A DNA stretch of 63,123 nt, filler included, from Reticulomyxa filosa (taxonomy: Eukaryota > Protista > Foraminifera): the NCBI GenBank assembly GCA_000512085.1. It is 22 parts of 22 records of this genome, joined end to end, with 100 filler letters (N's around TTAATTAATTAA, not from the genome) between each part and the next. Parts side by side here need not be neighbours in the genome. Positions count along the whole stretch, not along the records: positions 51,201 to 52,738 come from ASPP01042119.1; positions 52,839 to 53,917 come from ASPP01034598.1; positions 54,018 to 55,017 come from ASPP01039328.1; positions 55,118 to 57,264 come from ASPP01002754.1; positions 57,365 to 63,123 come from ASPP01007298.1; 17 more parts are not named here. One strand, 5' to 3'. The notes under the pieces are model-generated. The model was not told the DNA's origin. It was given only the letters and a program-made list of their open reading frames with translations, and searched no databases. Shown piece after piece: positions 51,881 through 63,123 of this stretch (the stretch's first letter is position 1; each line of letters begins with the position of its first letter). Made by a program: the position numbers and the translations under genes.

Positions 51881-52646
51881 ATGGATAATAATTTGACCAT
51901 GTCCACCTTGAATGAGTCCAGTTCATCGCTCAGCGAGGACAATGCTTTCCGCAAGCGCAAACGCCTTGGTATGAAACGGCCTTTATCCCAAGTAATTAAA
52001 GAAGAGGAGGAAATAAAGGCATGTCCAAAGCCAAAGAGTGCTGAGCCCGAAGGAGAAGGAAAAGGAAAAGAAGAAGTGCCAGCAGCAGTAGCAGCAGTAG
52101 CAGCAGTAGCAGCAGTAGCAGCATCAGCACCATCAGAGAAAGAGATTAAAGGGGAAGGACGAAATGAAGGAAATGCAGCAAGCAATGAGAAAGCGGAATA
52201 CAACGAGCGACTATTTAACAATTTGGACGACATAAAGTTTGTACAAGGAGTTCGAAAGCAAGCAAGAAAGCCAGGCCTGTCCTTTGAATCGATGGATACG
52301 TACACGAACAGTGGACTGGACAATCCGGAACTGTTTCATGTGGACCCTTCGAAACAATTTGGCGAATCGTTTGCGAAGGAAAAAGTGCAAGACGACATTT
52401 TAAAAGGAAAGCAAGAAGAATGGGTGGAGGAAGAGTTACGAAAGCGACTGCAGCAACAAGGACGAATACTCCCTGGCGACCCAGTCAAAAGGCAGCAGTT
52501 ATCGCAAGTCGATCCAGGTCCGCGAAAACCCGCATCTGTGGAAAAGGATAAACTCAATGAGCCTAAGACTTTGAAAGAGCAATTGTATACGTTACCGTCT
52601 AATTTGCAAAGTATTCCTTTGTCTAATCTGACAGAGACTGAGCCAG
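51881..52646 (+). CDS. C9orf78/Tls1-like splicing factor (3' truncated)
   Basis: LDDIKFVQGVRKQARKPGL, FGESFAKE, EEWVEEELRKR and EQLYTLPSNL occur in the order typical of C9orf78/HCA59. Confidence 0.6.
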
Positions 52647-52659
52647 GTATGAAGTTGTA

Positions 52660-52660
52660 T

Positions 52661-52720
<60 letters not shown>
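52660..52720. repeat. (TA)n intronic microsatellite (representative)
   Basis: Long TA run just after a GTATG donor. Similar TA/TACATA tracts occur at about 10000, 17870, 21690, 26650 and 62100, often at contig ends. Confidence 0.9.
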
Positions 52721-52724
<4 letters not shown>

Positions 52725-53144
52725 TAAGTAGTAGTAGTNNNNNNNNNNNNNNNNNNNNNNNNNNNNNNNNNNNNNNNNNNNNTTAATTAATTAANNNNNN
52801 NNNNNNNNNNNNNNNNNNNNNNNNNNNNNNNNNNNNNNGAAATAAAAGTATTTATCCACATCAAGTATATTGAAATACATCAAGATGACAAAACAAAGCG
52901 TTTTTTCTTTGATTTCACAATTATAAAATAATCAAAGTATGAATTGAGCAAAACATCAATTAACTTTCAAAAATCTTGTCTAAAGGAGATGTGCAATCTG
53001 TCGATGATATTTTTAATCAATTTTTATAGTATGCTTTTGCGCAAAGACATTGGCTGTTTAGAATAATTCCAGTTTCTTGATTATTACAACTGGTTTCAAA
53101 TTTATTTTGTCATACTTAATTTTTTCATTTTAATCAATTACAAA

Positions 53145-53670
53145 TTAACTCAGCCACAGCTTCAGGATGCTATGTTCTAATTCATCAAACAATACGTTCA
53201 ATGACTGTTCAAAATATTTACTTGCTTTCTCGTATTCTCCCAACTTGTTATTTAAGCGAGTAACATCAAAGTGATCAGACCCCAATTTATCCAATATAAT
53301 TTTTAATAATTTTTCATGATATTCCATTGCTTCATTAATCTCAAATTATCAAAACTTTTAAATAATTGTATCTTCTTCAGCAAATCGGGTGAAAACATAA
53401 AGTCAATCTGTGCTTGCTTGGTCTAACTTTGTCAGCAAGTTAATTGTAATACTTTAATAAGTGTAATAAAAATTGTTAATGTAAAAACACTGCTTCAATT
53501 TGAGGCAATCCTTGAGAAATATTCAAATTGATTCCAGTTAAATCCAATTTTTCTATAATATTTGTTATCTACAGTCATGGCACGTTCTTACTGATTGTTT
53601 GAAATGTATAAACACTTTTTCTCTATGATCATCACCTACAAAGATAATGACAATATTTCTGATATCATTT
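53145..53670 (-). pseudogene. TPR-repeat family pseudogene fragment
   Basis: EAMEYHEKLLKIILDKLGSDHFDV and GEYEKASKYFEQSLNV are kinesin-light-chain-type TPRs. Internally deleted, and the upstream region is full of stops. Confidence 0.65.
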
Positions 53671-54017
53671 TATTCGTTTTGTTTATTATGCATATTTTTA
53701 CAAATAATTGATTAAATATCATATTATAAGACAAACAAATATCTTTTAAAGATCTTTTGTAATGTGATCATACTTTTTGTACGATAGTTTGTGAAATATT
53801 CTCAATACAATAATTGAATATTTTATCATTGTTTATGTTTCAAAGAGATGTGACTGATTAGTTCTTTTTTCAATTATGTGTAATTTTGTTTCGTTAACCA
53901 AATAAGAACTACTTTTTNNNNNNNNNNNNNNNNNNNNNNNNNNNNNNNNNNNNNNNNNNNNTTAATTAATTAANNNNNNNNNNNNNNNNNNNNNNNNNNN
54001 NNNNNNNNNNNNNNNNN

Positions 54018-55017
54018 CCCGACACAAAATCTGAAAAGTGTCATCTTCTGCTTGTCGCGTGTGAATGATGAGAGGTAGCGCCAGCTGCAAGGCCATTCGT
54101 AATTGCGCCTCAAAGGCAGGCTGTTGCAAGTGTTTGGGAGACAGGAGTTCTGACAGTCCTGGCTTCACAAAATAATCCAATCCGCACTCTCCTAGCGCCA
54201 CACATTGTTTTTTCTCTTTGTACTTTTTCAGATTTTCCTCCAGTCGTTTCGATACTTGTTCATTCCAGTCTTTCGCATTATGAGGATGAATTCCGAATGC
54301 CCCATATATTTTCCCTTTTCTTGTTCCTTTATCTTTTTTCTTTTCCTCTTTTGTTTCATTTTCTTTGTTTTTATCTTTATTATTATCATTATCGTTATTT
54401 TTATTTTTATCATTATCTTTATTATTATCATTATCTTTATTATTATCATTATCTTTATTTTTATCATTATCATTATTTTTATCTTTATTATTATCTTTAT
54501 CTTTATCCTTATCCTTATCTTTGTCTTTTTGTTGAGGTTCCTCATCTTTCTCTTCCTCTGCACCAAATTTGTCCAATATATAACATATATATTCACTTTG
54601 TCCCATATCACAAGATATTGTTATGCATCCGCCAAAGTTGCCTTTATTTTATTTTTGTTTTTGTTTGAGTTTAGTGAAAATCAATCCCTCTCCCCTTCTG
54701 CTCTTATGGGAGACAATCACATACCTTTGAAGTTGTCTTGCATGAATTGCGGCAATCTGTCCATTGGATTCTGCAACATAAACTCATCTTTTCGGTACAA
54801 CCGCTGCAGTATCATATCCAAGTGCACGTGTGTGTCAAAGTACTCGGATTTGAAATTTGGAAAATACACTTTGACTTCATTTTTCTCCTCAAATTTTTGT
54901 CTTTTGCCGCCTTTGTCATATCCTCGTCCTCGTCCTCGTCCACGGCCTCGGCCCCAGCCTTGTCTTCCGCCTTCGTCGCCATCGTATTGATCTTGACCAC
55001 GACCTCTACCTCCTCGA
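54018..55017 (-). CDS. TatD-family nuclease (partial) with an RG-rich N-terminus and a D/K/N-rich insertion
   Basis: YFDTHVHLD, AFGIHPH, VALGECGLDY, FEAQLRMA and LPLIIHTRQAEDD. Intron at about 54632-54724. Confidence 0.9.
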
Positions 55018-55856
55018 NNNNNNNNNNNNNNNNNNNNNNNNNNNNNNNNNNNNNNNNNNNNTTAATTAATTAANNNNNNNNNNNNNNNNNNNNNNNNNNN
55101 NNNNNNNNNNNNNNNNNCATCAATTCGAATAAAAATACCATGATTACTCGACATTAGCATCATCATGAATGGAATAAATACTTAAAAAAAATCAATAACT
55201 TTTAGCCCAGCATGTGATAATACTTTAGCACAAAAAGAAGTTGGGTTATGAGTAAAATAAATAAATAAATATACACACATATAAAATTTATTTCACTTTA
55301 AATCAAAACTCTAGAATCACACATAGAAACCAGATCTCATTCAAACAAAAATTAGAGTATTCTGTTCCTTTTTGATTGTGGAATCCATTATTTTCACTTT
55401 TTTTGTAGTTCTATGGATTTTATATCCAAATAAAATTTTTCCTTCGAATTATTTGTTTTGAACTTCGTTCACAAAGTTTTTGTTGATCTACCTCCGCTCA
55501 TACAAAGACAATAATCTCTAATTAATCATTATAACAAAACATACCTTCAAGAAAAAATAATGAACAACATAGGAGATGGAAAAAAAATGAACAACATTTG
55601 ACTTTGAAATTAAAATTTCATTTTGATTTAGTTGTCAAATTTGTTGATTCATTAAAACAAAATATCAAACTTCATCAAGTTAACTATTTGTTAAAATTAC
55701 TTAAAAATAAACATAAAAAATAAAAAATAAAAAAAATAGTCACCAGAACGCAAGATAGATAATGAAAGACAACGATCAAATTTAGGTAAAATCAGTTTCG
55801 ATTCATTTAAAAATTTAATTAAATTAAGTAATATATTCAATTATCATAAGGAATTA

Positions 55857-56490
55857 GTGAATAGTATTGATTATTCAACATTTGATAATAGTCAAATTAT
55901 TTGTTCAGGATCAAATGATTGCACAATTAATGTATTTAATTTTGATATTAAGAAAGAAATTAATAAAATAATTTTATCAAAACATGTTGAATGTGCAAAA
56001 TTTTCAAAATATCATTATCATAATAATAAAAAAAAGTTATTTGTTATTCTTCAACTGATAAATATATTCATTTTTTGGATTGTAATAATAAAGTGGAATT
56101 AGAAATCATTAAAGGAAGCAATAATAAAGTTAATAGTATTGAATTTTCGTCATTTAATGATGGTAAATATTTGTGTTTGTGATCTGCAGATAATAATGTT
56201 CGTTTATGTGATGTTGGAGAATCCAAATTATTAAATATTTTCACAGAACATACACACAATGTTAATTTTGTTGCTATTTCACCATCGCAAAGCAACAATG
56301 GCAATAAAAATGATAATACTGGCATAATTGGAGGTAATGGATATACTAAAATCAATAAGCAAGAACATTGTATCAATACAAGTCGAAATGAAGACAATGG
56401 TATTAAATGTATTAAATTTATAAGATCAACAAATAATGATTGTGTGTCTTTATGTCATGGCTCATATAATGGCAGAATTTGTGTTTGGTA
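55857..56490 (+). pseudogene. Degenerate G-beta-like WD40 gene
   Basis: VNSIDYSTFDNSQIICSGSND and later WD motifs with in-frame stops, frameshifts and a deletion. Ends LCHGSYNGRICVW*. Confidence 0.75.
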
Positions 56491-56592
56491 GTGAGAGTTG
56501 TTTTATTTACTTTTGATGTGACTTTTTTTATGTCTTGGTGCTTTGGAGCATTAAGATATTATGATTGCAGCAACAATGATTTATGAATTATT

Positions 56593-57264
56593 TCATTCTA
56601 TTTTTGAATCTTTGTTCATTATTACCTCCAATCGAACATTTTTCAACCCACAATATAATTCAATTTCACTATATTCTATTCTTTCATGTTTATGAAGTAT
56701 CATAATAGCTTCAAATAAACACCAATCCAAATAAGGCCAGTTATGATGTTTAAATTGTATTTGATCATAATTGAATTTTTCATTGCATGATTTACCACAA
56801 TACAATAAAATTGCACAAATATGTTTTAATTGAAGTGGATATCCATTTGTTTATGAATATCACCATGATACAATATCTTCAATTCATTTAATATTGTTAA
56901 TTTTATCATTTAATATTAACTCACCATTTCCATCCTTTTCATTATAATCCATTTGTTTTTTGATGCTATTTTGATGAGATTCTGTTTATTAACACGAGAA
57001 AGGAAAAAGAGTGATCAAGGCTTTGTGTTATATCCATATTTGTCACATTTTTCCATTCTTTATTTTTTGCTACAACAATAAATCCTTACTCATTGTTCTT
57101 CATCATTTTTGCATCCATTTTTGCTGCTTCTACATTAGACTTTCTCCAATGTTTCTTGAAATCCAACGTCTCAATCATCAATTCTGGTAACGTTATTGTA
57201 TGTTTCTTTATTCCATCATTAAGACATGTCATTTTAGAAAATAGTTTGAAATTTCCAATAAAAA
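56593..57264 (-). pseudogene. Degenerate fragment of an ADP-ribosyltransferase-like family
   Basis: GYPLQLKHICAILLYCGKSCN...LFEAIMIL...ELYCGLKNVRL resembles the helical lead-in and first strand (LYRG) of arginine-type ARTs. It ends before the STS and ExE motifs; upstream stops are present. Confidence 0.5.
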
Positions 57265-57364
57265 NNNNNNNNNNNNNNNNNNNNNNNNNNNNNNNNNNNN
57301 NNNNNNNNTTAATTAATTAANNNNNNNNNNNNNNNNNNNNNNNNNNNNNNNNNNNNNNNNNNNN

Positions 57365-58042
57365 AAAAAAAAAAAAAAAGAGCCAAAGTGCAATGACCAA
57401 TGACCAATAATTACAAGTTCAATTACATACCTTCCAATTGTGAGTCGACACTCATAGAACTCTGATACTCCAGATGTTCTAAACACAAACCACATATAAT
57501 GCAAAGACGTCATTTATTTATTTTATTTATTTTAATAAAAAAGGGAGAAATAAAAAGACGAAATCAACTCACTCAAAGCTTTTTCGGTCAATGGAGTGCT
57601 GATGCTCTCACTACTTTTGGCGCTGTTACTGTTTGTCTGCTGTTCGGTCTCGGACACGTAGTCGCCTTTGTTTGCCGCAGAATTGCCTCGACGCACATAC
57701 TTGGCATTGTCTACCGAAGGAGAAGTAACACTCTCCGGCGAGAACGCGCTCGGTGTCATTATTGTCGTAGCTGTCGTAGCTGTCGTAGCTGTCGTAGCTG
57801 TCGTTGGTCCAATGCTTTTCACTTCCTCGGTGCTGCTGTTACTACCATCGTACTGCACTTGTGGCGATGTCACGCGGCTGCCTGCGCGCTGCGTCGCACG
57901 CACGCGCGCGTTGCCTTTGTTCTCTTCGTTCGTTGCATCCGCATTGCTGCTTACATTGCTCGGCGCTTCGCTGGGCACTTGCGTCGAAGGCGCTTTTGAG
58001 TTTGCATTTGGCTGTTTGTTAGTCGGATTGGTCGTATTATTA

Positions 58043-58074
<32 letters not shown>

Positions 58075-58588
58075 GGTATTGTTATTACTACTGGTATTGC
58101 CCGTAGTGTTGGATTGTAATAGAACATCTCTTGTGTGTCCCCATTCTAAACCAGCACTTGAAGGTAGTTGGAAATGCTGACATAACGCTGAATACATTGT
58201 CGGTGGGCACGGCTAACACATGTTTAACATTCAGTCAATCATTACACTTATCACTTATGTTGCTACCAATTTTTTTTTTTTTTTTTTTTTTTTGAGAACA
58301 TCATTGAGGAAAACGTATAATTGTTCTTTTTCTTATCCCCTCCTTCCTCCCCTTATCTCATCTTCTCTACCACTCCTAGGGATCTTTGTGCAACTCACAC
58401 CTTGTTGAGCGCTTTTTTCACAAATGTGGAAAACTCTTCTTGGTTTAGTCGACCATCTTTGTCCAAGTCGCATTGATCAAAAATTTCTTTCAGTTTTTGT
58501 AGCTGTCATTTTTTTTAAAAAAAGTCAGGCACCATTTTCAACCAGCAACGCAATTGAATGATATGACAAATACACTAACCTGGGACAT
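57365..58588 (-). CDS. EF-hand protein with a long S/T/N low-complexity region (3' truncated)
   Basis: MSQ|LQKLKEIFDQCDLDKDGRLNQEEF is a canonical EF loop. Poly-N and (TAT)n tracts follow. Confidence 0.7.
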
Positions 58589-59478
58589 GCTATATGAAAA
58601 TGGAGATTCGGACGAATTTTGACACACTAAAAATTTAACACTACTATCGACTCCCCCCCCCCCTTGTCTTGCTCAAGAACACAGTTTTTGCTGTACTAAC
58701 AGAGGTGTCAAAAAATTCTATGTTGTTGCGTATTTTCGAAAATATATATTTTTGATGCATATTTTTTTCAAATGTACCTTTTCGTGAAATCTCAGGAAAC
58801 AAGAAAATTCGGACGTTTTATTCTAAATTTTAATAGCTGGCAGAACAAAGCAATATCTTGTTTTATCAAAAATATAGAGTCTACTTTCAAATGTGAGTTT
58901 TTTTATGTTTAAAGAACAAAATGTAATGGAAAAAAAAAGTTTAGCATAATGCTATAGTCAGTTTGAAAACGTTTGGAGTTGAAACTCAATGACGTAGAAA
59001 AAAAGTAAATAAGGATATGATGAAACATCACTTTCCATTTTCGTTGGAATTTGTTAAAATGAACAGATTTTCGTATTACACTTAAGGACTCAACTTATCA
59101 GCAAGTTATGAACACAATTATCGAACATTTGTCAGTTGTTTCAAAAATTTTTAATATGTGATGTTTTTAAATAAAATTTGTAGAAAATATTGTTTGTGAT
59201 AAAGAAAGCTGTTTATCTGTCTACACTTTACACTTTTAAGATTATTTAAAGTGTGTTAAACTCACAATTTTTTTTTTTAGATGTTTAGAAGTGATCATTA
59301 TTTCGCACGCTATCATTTTTTTAAGCACAAGATGAAGTCTAAGGTGTATTTTTAATATTGGGGCGAGCTGCAGTTTTTGTCAGTGCGGACGACGAAACTT
59401 CAACTTTTGAGAAGCCTGTCACTTAGCCAATAAAAGGAAAAATCCCAGCTCTCCTTTGAAGTGTTTAAACGAAGAACC

Positions 59479-60451
59479 ATGGGCTACGGAAGTCATCCAT
59501 ATGCGTCAAAGTTTGCATGCGAGTTCGTCGGGACTGGTCTGTTGGTTACTATAGTCCAGGTGGCCAGCTCTGAAGCCGTGTCAGGGTTTGCACCGATCGC
59601 AATAGGTGAGGACCGAAACAAGCAGGAACGAAAACAAGTTTGACAAAAAAAAACAACAAAAAAAAAGGATTGGTGCTGATGAATATGGTCTATTCACTGG
59701 GACACATAAGTGGAGCACATTTCAACCCAGCGGTAACAACAGCAATATTGGTTCGAAACATTCCCCAATTTCCGCGACACGACATGTTCAACATCTTTGG
59801 CTATTTCATATCGCAGTACGCGGGTGGAATAACTGGCGGATTTTTGGCGTGGAGCATTGGTGGGCACAAGACCGCTTACCAGTGGCCACATGTACAAAAA
59901 GACCAAGGCAACCCAGCGACACCGGGGGACGTTTGGCACGTGTTTCAAAGTGAATTCATCTTTACGTTTTTGCTGGCTTTCATTGTCTTGAATGTTGCCA
60001 CCGATCAAAGAAATTCAAACAATCAGTTTTATGGGGCGGCAATAGGTAAGTAAATCAAATCCGATTTTTTAAAAATAATTTCAACTTTGTCTAAAAAAAA
60101 AAAATCCCCTTAAATTTTTTTTTTTTTTTTTTTTTAAAAAAAGGGTCCACGCTGATGTTGGCTGCGTTCACAATCGGTAGTATTAGTGGTTGTGTGATCA
60201 ATCCTGCTGTTTGGGTTGGCACTGTATGCTCGGCTTCGGCAGCCGCCAACAATAAACATCAACCATTTTTCGTTTACCATTTTTACATCTTTTGGATTGC
60301 TGAGTATGCTGGTGGAGCATTTGCTGGCCTTCTGTTTAACCTCTTTATTAAAAATTCACAAGCTGATGGAAAAGCTGCTGAATCGGAAAAGTTTGAGATT
60401 GCTGAAGTCCCAACTGAAGATTTCGCCAAGACCGAAACGGAAATGCGATAA
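59479..60451 (+). CDS. Aquaporin (MIP family), 3 exons
   Basis: CEFVGT, HISGAHFNPAVT, SEFIFTF and ISGCVINPAV. Confidence 0.95.
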
Positions 60452-61344
60452 TCATCGCGTTAAAAACAAAAAAAGTTTACCCTTTTTTACCCTTGTGTTC
60501 ATTTGAGTTGTGAAAAAAAACCATAAGTATTCTTTATGGTACTTTTTTTGGGGGGATGGAAAAAGGACCTTGGCTGGTGTGCTCTCGTGTTTGTGTGATC
60601 TTTGTTTTTTTTGACCAGGGGACACGTATACGTGTTGCCTTGAATTGTGATGCTGCAAAAAAAAGACCAAGTATAAAAAATTTTTTTAAAAAAAATAGTC
60701 TTTGTTGTAGCTAAAAGAAAAAGATGACGAACTTGTTTTTTCTTTTTTTTTGTAAAACAAATCTTTTGCAGTCCATGCATTCAAAAACTTTGTTGAATTA
60801 CTGCACTTTTTTCAAAATTCCAATTGATTTTCGACATGGAATTTTTGTCGCACGTTTTGATTTGCTTTTTGATAAAAACGCAGAAACGTTTATATTTTTT
60901 TAGTCTTTTCCTTTTTTGATAAATCATGGAATAAAAATTCTTTCGAAAGACAATTTGTGCCCCTTTTTTTACCTTCAATAGTACGAGCGGTACATTTTTT
61001 AAAGGATGTCACTGAAAAAACTGCGCTCCTACATAACAGAAGTAGGTTTGTGCCTTTCCATTTGTGATATGAGACAAAGTAAAAACAAAACACAGCTAAT
61101 TTAAAAAATCTATATTTTTTAAGAAATTAACGTTATTGAAAGTAACGAAATTTACTTTTTTCATTTTCTTTTTTGGTAAGCTTGATATGCACGTTTTGAA
61201 GCGAAAAAAGCTAAGTTTTTCAAAAAAGTATGTACTTGATGGAAATTCAGTCAAAAAATTCTCTTTATGAAAATGATAATGTGTATGTATTTGACTTTGA
61301 ATAGTCTATACATTACTTTAAGATGGTTGATATAAAAAAAATGT

Positions 61345-63016
61345 TTATGAATATTCACTAATTTGCACCATTTTTACAAAGACATTGCCATGAGATGGGA
61401 CAGTAGCAGTGAAACTTCCAACAAAATTGCCCAAATTTTTATGAGCCCACAAGTCTCTAACAGCTACAACAGTATTGGAGTCCCATGTGTTTGGACGCAG
61501 TTTGTCAAAGTCAATCGAATAGGTGTGCTCAAGATCTCCCGAATTGTAAAACACCACGGCGAGACTGGAATCGCTGAGCTGTCTCGTCCACACTTGACAA
61601 GCATTAGGGACACCATTTTCACAATTTTCTGAAGCTAAAATGTCTCCAGCAGGATGAGTGAATTCTTGGTTGACAGAAATGATTTCCGTGTTCAATAAAA
61701 TCGTGTACATAATTTGAGTCATGTTACGTACGTCTGTCGCGACGATTAAAGGGGATCCACTGTTTGCAAATTTCATTGCCACGCTCACTTATCATTATTT
61801 TTTTTTAAAGACAACAAAAAAAACAGCGACTCAACGTAATTGCCCACATAGCAAATTCAGTCATATATTCAGTGTCAGTTTGGCCTGGACAGTGAGCCCC
61901 AGAGACACTGGAGTTAGTTTCATCAGGACATCCTTGTCCTCCCTTTTGTGTACACACATACATGTACATATACGTGCATTTATATATGGACATTAAACAA
62001 ATTACTACTTTTCAAAAAAAAAAAATGCACCAAACTGTCATTAAAAAGTCATTGTCTTTTCGAATTCATCAACCACACGACATTGCATTTCCATCATTAC
62101 ATATATATGTATATGTATATGTATGTATTATATGTACACATATAATACATATATATTTGTACATAATGTTGCATCGTTTATACAGTGCTTTTACACGTGC
62201 ACATACTTAACATGCCCAGTTGTATTTTCCAGACATTGAGGTTTGTCCTGCCACTTGAGCAATTGCATTTGAAGTTGAGCTCCTTTACACGGATACACAT
62301 TACAACACAAATCATTTTAATAAAAATAATAAAACATGCTATTGTTCGTTTGTTTTGAATTCTATGGTAACAACACAAAATAAACACAAACCATTCGTCC
62401 AAATGATCACCTGTCACCCTCCAAGATTGTGCAACCTGTCCTTTCACAAAAAAAAAAGTATTGTCAGCAAAATTTTCTTTTCCTCGTTATTATTATTATT
62501 TATCACTTTTTTTTTTTTTTTTTTAGTTTAAAAAAAAAAAAAAAATTATTTCGATTGGGTCTTTCAAACCTGCGCGACATAAGGCGGGGTGGATAACCGT
62601 TTTTTTTTTTTTTTTTTTTTTTGTAATGTATTAATTGTGTAAAAAGAATTGCAACAAAAAAAAAACGGTGTTATTATTTTTGTAAGGAGGGGGGAAAAAA
62701 AAAGAGGGGGGGGGAGGTTATTAACCATAGCCTCGACACAATTCCAACCAAATCGGTCTTCCGGTTGCATTTAAAGCCTGAGAAAACTGGGTATGTTGTT
62801 CTGTGGCATTGAATAAATCACCACCGCACCAATCCAATTTCTGTTCACATTACAATAAAACATTAAACCTGCGATATACATATACATATATATGTATATA
62901 TATGTATATATTTGGTAAGCATTGATCAGTTTTTGTAATGTGATGCTCAACAACGTAATCGACACTCCAAGAAGCAAATGTGTTCGCATCTTGAGTGTAA
63001 TGACCATAGCTGCCTA
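61345..63016 (-). CDS. Alpha-galactosidase (GH27), multi-exon, 5' truncated
   Basis: GSYGHYTQDANTFASWSVDYV, AQSWRVTGD, EYMTEFAMWAI, SPLIVATDVR, ILLNTEIISVNQ and VRDLWAHK. Confidence 0.92.
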
Positions 63017-63085
63017 AGTTTATCAAAAAGATGTGCAAGATTATTTATATATACGTATATGTATAAACTTATTATTCATTTATTA

Positions 63086-63119
<34 letters not shown>

Positions 63120-63123
63120 GGGG

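Noticed and set aside
54205-54990. 261-aa Ile/Phe-rich membrane protein on +
   Set aside because: It is the antisense reading of the TatD D/K/N repeat. The same applies to 57668-58180, 51712-52323, 49504-49786 and 1871-2395.
7711-57364. Regularly recurring TTAATTAATTAA as a biological repeat or CRISPR-like array
   Set aside because: It is always centred in exactly 88 N. This is a synthetic six-frame-stop linker, and ORFs ending in X...LIN/N are artefacts of it.

Overview
This window is not one locus. It is 22 short contigs joined by 21 artificial 100-nt linkers (44 N + TTAATTAATTAA + 44 N), so adjacency across a linker means nothing. Twenty-one contigs are AT-rich, intron-containing eukaryotic DNA with poly-A/poly-T and (TA)n-rich introns and many single-base frameshifts in homopolymers. 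The gene families resemble those of the foraminiferan Reticulomyxa filosa; this is inferred from recalled motifs, not from a search. Conserved genes include PRA1, UFD1-like, CIA30/NDUFAF1-like, XK-like, NSE3/MAGE, Vps4-like, sulfide:quinone oxidoreductase, a USP, C9orf78-like, TatD, an aquaporin and a GH27 alpha-galactosidase. Interspersed are intact and decayed members of expanded WD40, kelch, NACHT, HEAT, TPR and ADP-ribosyltransferase families. One contig (38162-39744) is GC-rich bacterial DNA carrying a 3' tRNA-Arg(ACG) fragment, i.e. a probable island att site. The best leads are three. (1) A Crinkler/RHS-type gene with two SAM-like header exons, a P-loop NTPase and a PD-(D/E)xK nuclease (45668-49090). 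(2) A ~33-aa 'HWIR...WIxDFDKIVxxY' module on a symmetric phase-0 exon, reused in kelch, WD40 and other genes and, divergently, inside a Vps4-like ATPase; it may be an F-box-like adaptor. (3) A PARP-type ART fused to a crystallin-like domain.
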